Made by a program: the position numbers and the translations under genes. Positions 1 to 10,032 of a stretch of DNA of 64,000 bases are shown here, one piece after another. The notes beneath the pieces were generated by a model, which worked only from the letters and a program-made list of their open reading frames with translations, made no database searches and was not told the DNA's origin. Origin of the DNA: an uncultured Pelagibacteraceae bacterium (lineage in GTDB: Bacteria > Pseudomonadota > Alphaproteobacteria > Pelagibacterales > Pelagibacteraceae). Position 1 is the stretch's first letter. Every line of letters starts with the position of its first letter. Where the stretch lies: positions 45,266-109,265 of the forward strand of contig CACAYA010000001.1 in assembly GCA_902536575.1 (NCBI GenBank), given 5' to 3'.

Positions 1-1
1 A

Positions 2-631
2 AAATTTTATGGAAGAACATTTATGCGAAGTGTTTTGCTTTTTCCCTATGTTGCACCAGTGGTGGCTTTAGCTTATACTTGGGAGCTTCTATTAGATCCA
101 AATAGTGGGACACTGAATAGCTTGTTAATCAATTATCAAGTTATAGAAACACCAATAAATTTACTTGGACAAAAATACATCGAGATTAATGTTTTAGGTT
201 TTGATTTTAAACTACGACTAGCTCTTACAACAGTAATAATGTTCGAAATTTGGAGATATTTTCCTTTAGCTTTTTTATTTATACTCGCACGACTTCAAGC
301 TATTCCCAAAGAATTGTATGAAGCAGCTGATGTTGATGGAGCAAGTCCATTTCAAAAATTTTTTAATATTACATTGCCTCAAATCACAGCAGTTATATCA
401 ATTTTGTTTATGATAAGGTTTATCTGGAATTTTAATAAGTTTGAAGATGTTTTCTTACTTACTGGTGGCGCATCAGGCACTAGAACTTTGCCAATTAATG
501 TTTACCAACAAGGATTTTCAATATCTGATATTGGAATGGGATCAGCTGTTTCAATGGTAATAGTTGTATTGCTTTTAATATTCATGTTTTTTTACTTCAA
601 GCTTTTAGGAAAGAGAGTAGATGAAAACTAA
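2..631 (+). CDS. Carbohydrate ABC transporter permease (MalF/UgpA-like), 5'-truncated by window edge
   Basis: Frame open from position 2; EAA loop ELYEAADVDGAS, WNFNKFEDVFLLTGG, multiple TM segments. Confidence 0.9.
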   Translation, partial: KFYGRTFMRSVLLFPYVAPVVALAYTWELLLDPNSGTLNSLLINYQVIETPINLLGQKYIEINVLGFDFKLRLALTTVIMFEIWRYFPLAFLFILARLQAIPKELYEAADVDGASPFQKFFNITLPQITAVISILFMIRFIWNFNKFEDVFLLTGGASGTRTLPINVYQQGFSISDIGMGSAVSMVIVVLLLIFMFFYFKLLGKRVDEN

Positions 632-1814
632 AAATTTAATTTTATTTACATTAATATCATCATTTTTTTTGATTTTTATAGTTTCTATATGGAAAATATT
701 AGCAACTTTACAAGGGTTAAATATTACAAATTTTAACCTACAAATAATTTTTATATTTGGTGTTCTAATATCATTTGCTAACTTAAGAATAGGAAATAAA
801 ATTAAAGTTTTTTATAAATCAATCATTTTTTCTTTAATTTTTGTTATTTGTGATGGTTACATAATTCAAAAATTACCGCTGTGGTATAATATTGGTATTT
901 TTTTAATTTTATATTTTTTTGTTAATAAAATAAATAAATATAGTTTTGAAAATTTAAGAGAACAACACTCAACACAGGTTATTTTTTTTGACTTCTTAAC
1001 TTTATTTGGGATTTTATTTTTTTCTTTCGTAATACTTTTTCCTTTTTATATGATGTTAATAACAAGTTTTAAAACTCAAATAGCATTATTAGTTAACCCA
1101 TTAGACTTTAGTATTAATTTTGGTCAAGATTTGAAGAGTTTATTTAAATCATATTTTGTAATTTTTGAGTCCTATAATTTTGGTAGATATATTTTAACTA
1201 GCACCATCGTTTCTGTGGGTACAGTGATCATAACTCTTATTTTTGCTATTCCGGCAGCATATGCAATTGCTAGATTAAATTTTTTTGGAAAAACATTTAT
1301 GTCAACATCAATATTGATAATTTATATGTTTCCTGCAATAGTTTTGGTAATTCCTCTTTACACAATCTTTAGTCAATTAGGTCTAAGAAATTCTATAGAG
1401 GGTTTGTTAATTGTTTATACAGCCACAACTCTTCCAGTAGCAATTTATATGCTACAAGGATATTTTAAGAGCATTCCTAAAGAATTAGAAGAGGCTGCCA
1501 TATTAGATAAACTTAGTTGGTTTGGAATAATTACTAAAATTATAATTCCCCTGAGCATTCCAGCAATTTCCTCTGTGGCTTTATACGTATTTATGATAGC
1601 TTGGAATGAATTTTTATTTTCTCTAATGTTTCTAGATAACCCAAATTCTTTCACTCTTTCAAGAGCAATACAATATTTAAGTGGTGACGCAGAAACACCT
1701 AGACAGTATTTAATGGCAGGCTCTGTAATTGTGACACTACCTGTATTGTTTATTTTTGTTTATTTTGAGAAATACTTAGTTAGTGGTCTTACAGCTGGAA
1801 GTGTAAAAGGATGA
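621..1814 (+). CDS. Carbohydrate ABC transporter permease (MalG-like) with extra N-terminal TM region
   Basis: IPKELEEAAILD, FMIAWNEFLF, C-terminal GLTAGSVKG. Confidence 0.9.
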   Translation: MKTKNLILFTLISSFFLIFIVSIWKILATLQGLNITNFNLQIIFIFGVLISFANLRIGNKIKVFYKSIIFSLIFVICDGYIIQKLPLWYNIGIFLILYFFVNKINKYSFENLREQHSTQVIFFDFLTLFGILFFSFVILFPFYMMLITSFKTQIALLVNPLDFSINFGQDLKSLFKSYFVIFESYNFGRYILTSTIVSVGTVIITLIFAIPAAYAIARLNFFGKTFMSTSILIIYMFPAIVLVIPLYTIFSQLGLRNSIEGLLIVYTATTLPVAIYMLQGYFKSIPKELEEAAILDKLSWFGIITKIIIPLSIPAISSVALYVFMIAWNEFLFSLMFLDNPNSFTLSRAIQYLSGDAETPRQYLMAGSVIVTLPVLFIFVYFEKYLVSGLTAGSVKG

Positions 1815-3082
1815 GTAATAATTTAATAGAAAAGGCAAAAAAAGTTTTATTAGGTAATAAAAAAAAAGGCTTTACATTACCAACAAATAATAAATTGTAT
1901 CCTGCGCAATGGAAATGGGACTCTGGTTTTATTGCTCTCGGCTATTCACATTTTAATCTAAAATATGCAATTGACGAAATAACTACTCTTTTAGAAGGTC
2001 AATGGAAAGATGGTATGATACCTCATATTCTGTTTCATGATTTAAAAACAAATTATTATCCAAATCATTCTGTATGGAATTGTGGAAATAAAATACATTC
2101 ATCAGGAATAACTCAACCACCAGTTCTTGCAATAATTTTAAAAAAAATACTAGACAAAAATAAAATTGATTTTTCAAAAAAAAAAAAAATTAAGTCGATA
2201 GTTCAAAAGTTAAAAAAATATCATGAATGGTTGATTAAATATAGAGATCCAAAAAAAACTGGTTTAGTTTCAATTTTGCATCCTTGGGAAAGTGGATATG
2301 ATAACTCCCCTCTATGGGATTATTCAATGAATGAAGTTAAAGTAGAAAAAAATTTAAAATACAAAAGAGGAGATAATAAAGTAATAAATCCAGATTACAG
2401 ACCTTTAGATGAAGATTATGATAGATATGTCACCATCAAAAATCATTTAAGAAAAAATAAATATAATCCAAAAAAACTTTACAAAAAGTCAATGTTTAAT
2501 GTGGTGGATGTAGGGTTTAATTCAATATTTTTAAAAGCAAATAAAGATTTATTAGAGTTACTTAAATCATTTAATTTAGAGCATAATAAATTACAAAAAT
2601 TCATTTTAAAATCAGAAGATCAAATTGAGAAACTATTTGATGCGAAAAAAGGAGTTTTTATGAATTATGATATAAAAAATAAAAAAAAAATTATTGTTCC
2701 TTCAATTACGAATTATTTTATATTATTTGCTGATTTAAAAAATCAACTTATTAATAAAAAAATAATTAAGAATTTAAAAAATCATAACCAAAATGAAAAA
2801 TATCTCTTTTCTAGTATCAAACCAAATTATGGAAAATTTGAGGAAAAGCGCTACTGGAGAGGTCCAGTTTGGATAAATTGTAACTGGATTATCTATCAAG
2901 GGTTAAAGAACAAAGATAAGAAATTTGCTGATAAAATTAAGGAAAAAACAATAAATCTCATTAAAAAAAATGGCTTCTATGAATACTACAGTTTTAAAAC
3001 TGGAGAAGCATTTGGAGCAAGTAATTTTTCATGGACTGCTTCATTATTTTTAGATTTGTTAATGGAGAAAAAATATAACTAA
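1811..3082 (+). CDS. GH63/MGH1-like glycoside hydrolase (glucosylglycerate/mannosylglycerate hydrolase family)
   Basis: LYPAQWKWDSGF, HPWESGYDNSP, YWRGPVW, FYEYY, FSWTASL motifs. Confidence 0.8.
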   Translation: MSNNLIEKAKKVLLGNKKKGFTLPTNNKLYPAQWKWDSGFIALGYSHFNLKYAIDEITTLLEGQWKDGMIPHILFHDLKTNYYPNHSVWNCGNKIHSSGITQPPVLAIILKKILDKNKIDFSKKKKIKSIVQKLKKYHEWLIKYRDPKKTGLVSILHPWESGYDNSPLWDYSMNEVKVEKNLKYKRGDNKVINPDYRPLDEDYDRYVTIKNHLRKNKYNPKKLYKKSMFNVVDVGFNSIFLKANKDLLELLKSFNLEHNKLQKFILKSEDQIEKLFDAKKGVFMNYDIKNKKKIIVPSITNYFILFADLKNQLINKKIIKNLKNHNQNEKYLFSSIKPNYGKFEEKRYWRGPVWINCNWIIYQGLKNKDKKFADKIKEKTINLIKKNGFYEYYSFKTGEAFGASNFSWTASLFLDLLMEKKYN

Positions 3083-4383
3083 TTATAACTGTTTAATAAA
3101 TTATATTGATAATTTCTTGCCTCAGTAACTTCATTTGGAAGATTTAACTCGACATCATCAATTCTAATAACTTCATCCTTATTGATATCTTTTTTTAAAA
3201 CTGCATTATCGGTTAAACCAAGTGGCAAAATCATTTCTTTTCTAGATTTTTCTGATGTAATTAATTTACCTCTTGCACAAAACCCTCCCTCACCATCTAG
3301 TTTTTCACCTACTTTGAGATCTTTTTTGGCAAAACTTGCAACATCTGCGTTATAATTTTTTGTAAAACCTGTTGCTCTTTTATCTAGTGCAATTGAATAA
3401 ATTGATTGTGCAAGCTCTAAACCTATATAATGATAAGGTCTCCAAATTGCTGAGTAATTTCCAGACTTATCCGTTACCATTCCATAATCTTTAAAACAAT
3501 TTTTTACATACTCATTCTGTGCTTTAATCACAATATAAACACCCCATCTTAAATCATTTGGAATATCTTTTTTTTTTGAGTCTATGCTTGAAATCACTTC
3601 TACTTGCCCCTCAAAGTCAATTAATCCCCCATCATTTTTTGGAATCATTTTTTTTGCAATATCATACACGCCAACTGGAGGAAAAGTTAATCCATTACTA
3701 GGACACTTCAAATTAGCAGCGTTACTGACCGCACACATTTCAATTGCTGATTTATCTCCACATAGAAAACTATTAAACATTTTTGGATTCATTCCCGACT
3801 CTTTCTCAGCTCTTTCTTTAGTTAAACCATAGTGACCCCAAACAGTATCAGGTGTAGAATATTCAAAAGTTGGGTGATATTTTGTTCCTTTACCTGCACA
3901 AACTATTGAAAATCCATTTAATCTTGCCCACTCAATTTGTTCTAGAATTAAAGAAGGTTGATCACCGTAAGCCATTGAGCAAATAACACCTTTGTCTTTT
4001 GCAAGATCAGACAAATATTTTCCACAAGTTATGTCAGCTTCGACATTAACTAATATGACATGTTTCTTATTTTTTATTATCTTAGTTGCATGCACGGTAC
4101 CTACTATTGGGTTGCCTGTTGCCTCAATAAAAATTTCTATATTTCTATCAAGAACGTTGTCTAATGAAGTTGAATAATTTATTTCTTTGACTGTTTGCTC
4201 ATTTAACCCACTTTTTAAACAATTTTGCTTTGCTTGATCTATATTAATATCAACAATACTATCGACTTGAATTTTACCTAAATGATTGTATTGAGCTAAA
4301 AACATACTTACAAATTTACCACATCCAATAAAACAAATTTTTATAGGATCTTTTCTATTTTCTAATTTTGTGTGTAAAAACAT
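3079..4383 (-). CDS. Homoserine-dehydrogenase-like NAD(P) oxidoreductase with C-terminal SAF domain (COG4091-like)
   Basis: Rossmann IGCGKF, NVEAD, AYGDQP, AGKGTKY; SAF AKKDLKVGEKLDGEGG. Confidence 0.8.
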   Translation of the reverse strand: MFLHTKLENRKDPIKICFIGCGKFVSMFLAQYNHLGKIQVDSIVDINIDQAKQNCLKSGLNEQTVKEINYSTSLDNVLDRNIEIFIEATGNPIVGTVHATKIIKNKKHVILVNVEADITCGKYLSDLAKDKGVICSMAYGDQPSLILEQIEWARLNGFSIVCAGKGTKYHPTFEYSTPDTVWGHYGLTKERAEKESGMNPKMFNSFLCGDKSAIEMCAVSNAANLKCPSNGLTFPPVGVYDIAKKMIPKNDGGLIDFEGQVEVISSIDSKKKDIPNDLRWGVYIVIKAQNEYVKNCFKDYGMVTDKSGNYSAIWRPYHYIGLELAQSIYSIALDKRATGFTKNYNADVASFAKKDLKVGEKLDGEGGFCARGKLITSEKSRKEMILPLGLTDNAVLKKDINKDEVIRIDDVELNLPNEVTEARNYQYNLLNSYN

Positions 4384-4392
4384 AATTAAATT

Positions 4393-4794
4393 TTACAGTT
4401 TCAGAGCACTGGTAAGGTACTTTTTATCAAGTTTACAATCTATGTATCCTTTTTTAACAACGTTTAAATATCTCTCCGTTGGATATTTAAATGGTGATTT
4501 TTTAACCATTGTATAAGTCATTACTTTTTTTCCATAATAATAAAAATAATATTTCTTATAAAGAATTGGATAATCTTCATATACATCTAATTTTTTTTCA
4601 TCACTTTTTGAAATCTCAAATAAACCTCCAGGAACAATTGAGTTTTTCTTAATTTCAATATCTGCAGCTCTATATTTACTTCTAAAAGTTAGTTTAAAGT
4701 CTTTTAAATTAATTTTTTTTAAAAAAATACTGTCTTTGCATCTACGTTTCATCTGAAAGTGATGCAAATTACTACCATATGCAAAATAAAGCAT
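4393..4794 (-). CDS. Gamma-glutamylcyclotransferase family protein
   Basis: N-terminal YFAYGSNL and LDVYE motifs. Confidence 0.85.
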   Translation of the reverse strand: MLYFAYGSNLHHFQMKRRCKDSIFLKKINLKDFKLTFRSKYRAADIEIKKNSIVPGGLFEISKSDEKKLDVYEDYPILYKKYYFYYYGKKVMTYTMVKKSPFKYPTERYLNVVKKGYIDCKLDKKYLTSALKL

Positions 4795-5543
4795 TACCTC
4801 TCAACTACTTCTATTTTCTTTGCATTAACAAATTTTAGAATTTGAGAATTACATAAATCTATTTTTGATTGATCCTCAGATCTAATTACAATTGAAACAC
4901 CTAATTTTCCAGCATGAAAAAAGGGGTAGCTTCCTATTTCAACATCTTGATTATCATTTTGTACTTTAGTTAAAGAGTTTGCTATTTCACTCTCAACTGT
5001 TCTTAAACTTATTGTATGACTTTTAATCGGTTCTCCACCAACTATAGTATTTGTTAAACCCCCTAACATTGATTTAAGAATAGATGGTACACCTGGCAAA
5101 CAAAAAACATTTTTGACATTAAATCCAGGAGCCCCACTTGTTGGGTTTAAAATTAAATTTGCGTTTTCAGGCATCCAACACATTTTCTGTCGCCCCTCAT
5201 TAAATTCACCTGGTTTGTAGTATGATTCTAAAATTTTAAATGCTTCTTTATGGATTTCATATTTTATACCAAAAGTTTTTGAAACTGACTCAGCTGTGAT
5301 ATCGTCATGTGTAGGACCTATACCACCAGTTGTAAAAACATAATCATAAGTTGATTTTAATAAATTTAATGTGTTTATAATTATTTTTTCAACATCAGGA
5401 ATTACCCTAACCTCTTCTACTTTAACACCAATTGAGTTTAGCCAAACTGCTATGGTTGAAGTGTTGGTATCTTGAGTTCTGCCTGATAATATTTCATTAC
5501 CTATAATTAAGATAGCGGCATTAACTTTTGTTTTTTTAGTCAT
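4794..5543 (-). CDS. CinA-like molybdopterin-binding domain protein
   Basis: IIGNEILSGRTQDTN, TTGGIGPTHDDIT, LPGVP. Confidence 0.85.
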   Translation of the reverse strand: MTKKTKVNAAILIIGNEILSGRTQDTNTSTIAVWLNSIGVKVEEVRVIPDVEKIIINTLNLLKSTYDYVFTTGGIGPTHDDITAESVSKTFGIKYEIHKEAFKILESYYKPGEFNEGRQKMCWMPENANLILNPTSGAPGFNVKNVFCLPGVPSILKSMLGGLTNTIVGGEPIKSHTISLRTVESEIANSLTKVQNDNQDVEIGSYPFFHAGKLGVSIVIRSEDQSKIDLCNSQILKFVNAKKIEVVER

Positions 5544-5560
5544 TTTATATATATATTTTA

Positions 5561-6262
5561 GTGATGGAATTTACCAAGTCTTTAATAAAAGGCAAATTAA
5601 TCAAACGGTATAAAAGATTTTTTGCTGACGTGAAATTAGAAAAAGAAACAGTCACAGCTCATTGCCCAAATACAGGGTCAATGAAAGGCCTTTTAGATGA
5701 GGGCAATGAAGTTTATTTACTTCCAAATAATGATCCTAAAAGAAAACTTAAATTTGGGCTGGAGATTATAAATTCGAGAAAAAATTTGGTTGGGGTTAAT
5801 ACTCATATGGCTAACAGAATCGTACAACATGGTTTAGAAAACAATTTGATAAATGAACTTAAAAATAATGATACTATCAAACCAGAGGTATTTTTTAACA
5901 AAGAAACTAGATTTGATTTTTTAATAGAAAAAAAAACACAAAAAAGCTTCTTAGAGGTTAAAAATGTTACCTTATTTAGAGACAAAAATACTGCTGAATT
6001 TCCTGACGCTGTAACAACAAGGGGATCAAAACATTTATTAACCCTTATTGATGCCATAAAAAAAGGTTATAAAGCATATCTATTATTTTTAGTACAAATT
6101 CAAAATATGAAATATTTTAAAATAGCTAATGATATAGATGAGCAGTATTATAAAAATTATTTGCGAGCTAAAAAGGCAGGTGTAATTTTTTTAGCATATA
6201 AGTGTAACATAAGTTCAAAAAAAATTTTTATAGATCAAAAACTTGAAATAATTGATGACTGA
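5561..6262 (+). CDS. sfsA: DNA/RNA nuclease SfsA
   Basis: RYKRFFADV, AHCPNTGSM, EVKNVTL, FPDAVTTRGSKHL. Confidence 0.93.
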   Translation: MMEFTKSLIKGKLIKRYKRFFADVKLEKETVTAHCPNTGSMKGLLDEGNEVYLLPNNDPKRKLKFGLEIINSRKNLVGVNTHMANRIVQHGLENNLINELKNNDTIKPEVFFNKETRFDFLIEKKTQKSFLEVKNVTLFRDKNTAEFPDAVTTRGSKHLLTLIDAIKKGYKAYLLFLVQIQNMKYFKIANDIDEQYYKNYLRAKKAGVIFLAYKCNISSKKIFIDQKLEIIDD

Positions 6263-7025
6263 TTATAGTGAAAAATTTGAAAAAATGAAGATTGCAGGCA
6301 ATCTTGCGGCAAGAACTTTGGATATGCTAACAGAAAACATTAAGGAAGATGTAAGAACTGACTATATTGATAAGTTAGGATATGAATTTATAAGGGACAA
6401 TGGAGGTTACTCTGCTCCACTTTACTATAGAGGTTTCACTAAATCATTATGCACATCTTTAAATCATGTTGTTTGTCATGGAATACCATCTGATCGGATC
6501 TTAAGAGATGGAGATGCAGTGAATGTAGATGTTACTGCGATTGTTGATGAGCATTATGGTGACACCAGCAGAATGTTTTGTATTGGCAAAACCCCAGTAA
6601 AATTAAATAACTTAATTGATACGACCTATGAGTCGATGATGAGAGCAATAAAAATTTTAAAACCTGGAATTAAATTAGGGGATATTGGATATACAATTCA
6701 ATCATTTGTTGAAGAGAAAGGTTTTTCTGTAGTTCGAGATTTTTGCGGTCACGGAATTAGTACAACTTTTCATGAGTCTCCTAATATTTTACATTATGGA
6801 AACAAAAATACAGGGATGGAACTTAAACCTGGTATGACATTTACTATTGAGCCTATGATTAATTCTGGGAAATACGATGTAAAAATGTTAAATGATGGTT
6901 GGACAGCAGTGACAAAAGATAAATCTTTATCAGCTCAATTTGAACATACGTTAGGAATTACTGAAAATGGTTATGAAATCTTTACAGAATCTGCTAAAGG
7001 TTATTCAAAGCCTCCGTACTTATAA
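6255..7025 (+). CDS. map: Methionine aminopeptidase type I
   Basis: CTSLNHVVCHGIP, GDTSRMF, FCGHGI, FTIEPMIN, SAQFEHT. Confidence 0.96.
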   Translation: MTDYSEKFEKMKIAGNLAARTLDMLTENIKEDVRTDYIDKLGYEFIRDNGGYSAPLYYRGFTKSLCTSLNHVVCHGIPSDRILRDGDAVNVDVTAIVDEHYGDTSRMFCIGKTPVKLNNLIDTTYESMMRAIKILKPGIKLGDIGYTIQSFVEEKGFSVVRDFCGHGISTTFHESPNILHYGNKNTGMELKPGMTFTIEPMINSGKYDVKMLNDGWTAVTKDKSLSAQFEHTLGITENGYEIFTESAKGYSKPPYL

Positions 7026-7028
7026 TTA

Positions 7029-8321
7029 ATGATTAAAAGATACTCGCGTAAACAATTAACTGAAATTTGGTCAGAGGAGAATAAATATAAAATTTGGCTA
7101 GAAGTTGAAATAGCAGCAGCAGAAGCTATGGAAAAACTTGGACAAATTCCAAGAGGAGTTGCCTCTGTTGTTAAAAAAAAAGCTAAAATTAATGTATCAA
7201 GAATTCACAAGATAGAGTCTGAAGTTAAACACGATGTGATAGCGTTTTTAACATCTGTTACAGAAAAAGCTGGAATTAAAGCTAGATATCTTCACCAAGG
7301 AATGACTTCATCGGACATTTTAGATACTAGTTTTAATATTCAATTAGTCCAATCAGGAAAGATTATTTTAAGTGATATCGATCAAATTTTAAAAGTACTT
7401 AAAAGACAAGCTAAAAAATATAAACTAACTCCATGCATGGGTCGTAGCCATGGAATTCATGCGGAACCAATCACTTTTGGATTAAAATTAGCCTCATTTT
7501 ATGAAGAATTTAAGAGAAATAGAAAAAGACTAGCTGATGCAATAGATGAAGTATCAACTTGTGCAATTTCTGGTGCTGTTGGAACATTTGCTAATATACA
7601 TCCTAATATTGAAAAACATGTTGCAAAAAAATTAGGTTTAAAAGTTGAGCCAATTTCAACACAAGTTATTCCTAGAGACAGACACGCATTCTATTTTTCA
7701 GTTTTAGGAATTATTGCAGGCTCAATTGAGAGAGTTGCAATTGAAATTAGACACCTGCAGAGAACAGAAGTTTATGAACTACAGGAATTTTTTTCAAAAA
7801 AACAAAAAGGCTCCTCAGCAATGCCACACAAAAAAAATCCGATTCTAAGTGAAAATTTAACAGGACTTGCAAGAATGGTAAGAAGTACAGTTTTGCCTGC
7901 ATTAGAAAATATTGCTCTGTGGCATGAAAGAGACATTTCCCATTCTAGTGTGGAGAGAAATATTGGTCCCGATGCTAATATCACAACAGACTTTGCTTTA
8001 GTAAGACTTACAAATATTTTGGGAAATATGATTGTGTATCCAAAGAAGATGCTTGAAAATTTAAATATAACCAAAGGTTTAATTTTTTCACAAGAAGTAA
8101 TGTTGGAATTAACAAAATCTGGATTAAGCAGAGAAAAATCTTATAAGATAGTTCAGAGCTATGCAAAAAAGTGTTTTTCTGAAAATCTGAATTTATATGA
8201 TGTTCTTCTAGAGGATAAATTAATTATAAGTAAAATTTCCAAAAAAAAAATAAATTCCATTTTTAGCTACTCTAAGCATTTTAAAAATATAAATTTAATC
8301 TTTAAAAGAGTTTTTAAATAA
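7029..8321 (+). CDS. purB: Adenylosuccinate lyase
   Basis: [11 protein letters not shown] signature, [10 protein letters not shown]. Confidence 0.97.
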   Translation: MIKRYSRKQLTEIWSEENKYKIWLEVEIAAAEAMEKLGQIPRGVASVVKKKAKINVSRIHKIESEVKHDVIAFLTSVTEKAGIKARYLHQGMTSSDILDTSFNIQLVQSGKIILSDIDQILKVLKRQAKKYKLTPCMGRSHGIHAEPITFGLKLASFYEEFKRNRKRLADAIDEVSTCAISGAVGTFANIHPNIEKHVAKKLGLKVEPISTQVIPRDRHAFYFSVLGIIAGSIERVAIEIRHLQRTEVYELQEFFSKKQKGSSAMPHKKNPILSENLTGLARMVRSTVLPALENIALWHERDISHSSVERNIGPDANITTDFALVRLTNILGNMIVYPKKMLENLNITKGLIFSQEVMLELTKSGLSREKSYKIVQSYAKKCFSENLNLYDVLLEDKLIISKISKKKINSIFSYSKHFKNINLIFKRVFK

Positions 8322-9106
8322 TGAAAAAAGGTAAAAAATTATATGAAGGAAAAGCTAAAATTATTTATGCTACAAATGATAAAGATTTAGTAATTCAATA
8401 TTTTAAAGATGACGCAACAGCTTTTAATAACCAAAAAAAATCAACTATTGAAGGTAAAGGAGTTTTAAATAATAGAATTTCTGAACATATACTTTCAAGC
8501 CTTTCTCAGATAGGTATAAGAAATCACTTAGTTAAAAGATTAAATATGCGAGAACAAGTTGTTAAACTTGTTGAGATTATACCTATTGAATTTATTGTAA
8601 GAAATGTTGCAACAGGATCTTTAACAAAACGTCTTGGAATTGAAGATGGTACTATTTTAAAGGAACCTTTGATTGAATACTGCTTAAAAGACGACAAACT
8701 AGGTGACCCATTGATTGCTGAAGAACATATTCTTGCGTTTGATTGGGCATCTAAAAAAGAAATAGAAAAAGTAAAGAAAATGATTTTAAGAATTAATGAT
8801 TTTATGATTGGTATGTTTAGAGGTGTTGGTATTAAATTGGTAGATTTTAAGTTAGAATTTGGAAGATTGGAGCATAATGGAAAGCAAGATGTAATTTTAG
8901 CCGATGAAATTAGCCCTGATACATGCAGATTATGGGACAGTTTAACAGATAAAAAACTAGACAAAGACAGATTTAGAAAAAATTTGGGTGATCTAATACC
9001 TGCTTATACCGAAGTTGCAAAAAGACTTGGAATACTTCATGAACAATCCAACTTAAGTGCAGTAAATGTAACAAAACTATCCTCAGTCAAAGGAAAACGT
9101 AAGTGA
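8321..9106 (+). CDS. purC: SAICAR synthetase
   Basis: [30 protein letters not shown]. Confidence 0.97.
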   Translation: MKKGKKLYEGKAKIIYATNDKDLVIQYFKDDATAFNNQKKSTIEGKGVLNNRISEHILSSLSQIGIRNHLVKRLNMREQVVKLVEIIPIEFIVRNVATGSLTKRLGIEDGTILKEPLIEYCLKDDKLGDPLIAEEHILAFDWASKKEIEKVKKMILRINDFMIGMFRGVGIKLVDFKLEFGRLEHNGKQDVILADEISPDTCRLWDSLTDKKLDKDRFRKNLGDLIPAYTEVAKRLGILHEQSNLSAVNVTKLSSVKGKRK

Positions 9107-9345
9107 AAATATCAGTAATCATAACTCTTAAAAAAGATGTCTTGGATCCTCAAGGAAAAGTTATCCATCAAGCTCTTGATGGAATGGGCTTTAATGATGT
9201 TGAAGAAGTAAGACAAGGTAAATATTTTGAAATTAACACCAAAGAAACCAATCCAAAAAAAGCAAAAGATGAAGTTGAAGAAATGTGCAAAAAACTTTTA
9301 GCTAATCTTGTAATAGAAAATTACAAGATTATTGATGCACAATAA
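9103..9345 (+). CDS. purS: FGAM synthase subunit PurS
   Basis: [17 protein letters not shown]; operon context. Confidence 0.96.
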   Translation: MKISVIITLKKDVLDPQGKVIHQALDGMGFNDVEEVRQGKYFEINTKETNPKKAKDEVEEMCKKLLANLVIENYKIIDAQ

Positions 9346-9348
9346 TTA

Positions 9349-10032
9349 ATGAAATCAGCAGTTATCACATTTCCTGGTTCTAATTGTGATAGAGATATGG
9401 ATGTTGCTTTAAAGAAATTTGGTTTTAAAAATAAAATGGTTTGGCATCAAGAGGTTGAGTTACCAAAAAGTGACTTGGTAGTTTTACCTGGTGGATTTTC
9501 TTATGGTGATTATCTTAGATGCGGAAGCATGGCCTCTAAATCTAAGATTATGCAATCAGTAATTAATTTTGCAAATTCTGGTGGAATGGTAATGGGTATT
9601 TGTAATGGTTTTCAAATTTTAGTTGAAACAGGATTAGTGCCTGGGGTTTTGTTAAGAAACAAATATTTAGAATTTATTTGTAAAAATGTTTTTGTTAAAA
9701 TTAGAGATAAAAATAATGCTTACTTTAAAAACATTAAAAATAATGTTTTAGAGCTTCACATCGCTCATAATGAAGGAAACTATTTTTGTACAAATGATCA
9801 ATTAAAAGAAATTGAAGACAATGCTCAGATTGCAATCAATTATTGTGATAACCAGGGTAAAATTGAAAAATCATTCAATCCCAATGGATCAATAAAAAAT
9901 ATTGCCGGAATTTTTAATAAAGAAAAAAATGTTCTAGGAATGATGCCCCATCCTGAAAGAATGATCGAACCTTCTTTATCAGGTGAAGATGGATCTCTTT
10001 TTTTTAAAAACCTAATCAATAATATAAAATGA
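9349..10032 (+). CDS. purQ: FGAM synthase glutaminase subunit PurQ
   Basis: [32 protein letters not shown]. Confidence 0.97.
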   Translation: MKSAVITFPGSNCDRDMDVALKKFGFKNKMVWHQEVELPKSDLVVLPGGFSYGDYLRCGSMASKSKIMQSVINFANSGGMVMGICNGFQILVETGLVPGVLLRNKYLEFICKNVFVKIRDKNNAYFKNIKNNVLELHIAHNEGNYFCTNDQLKEIEDNAQIAINYCDNQGKIEKSFNPNGSIKNIAGIFNKEKNVLGMMPHPERMIEPSLSGEDGSLFFKNLINNIK

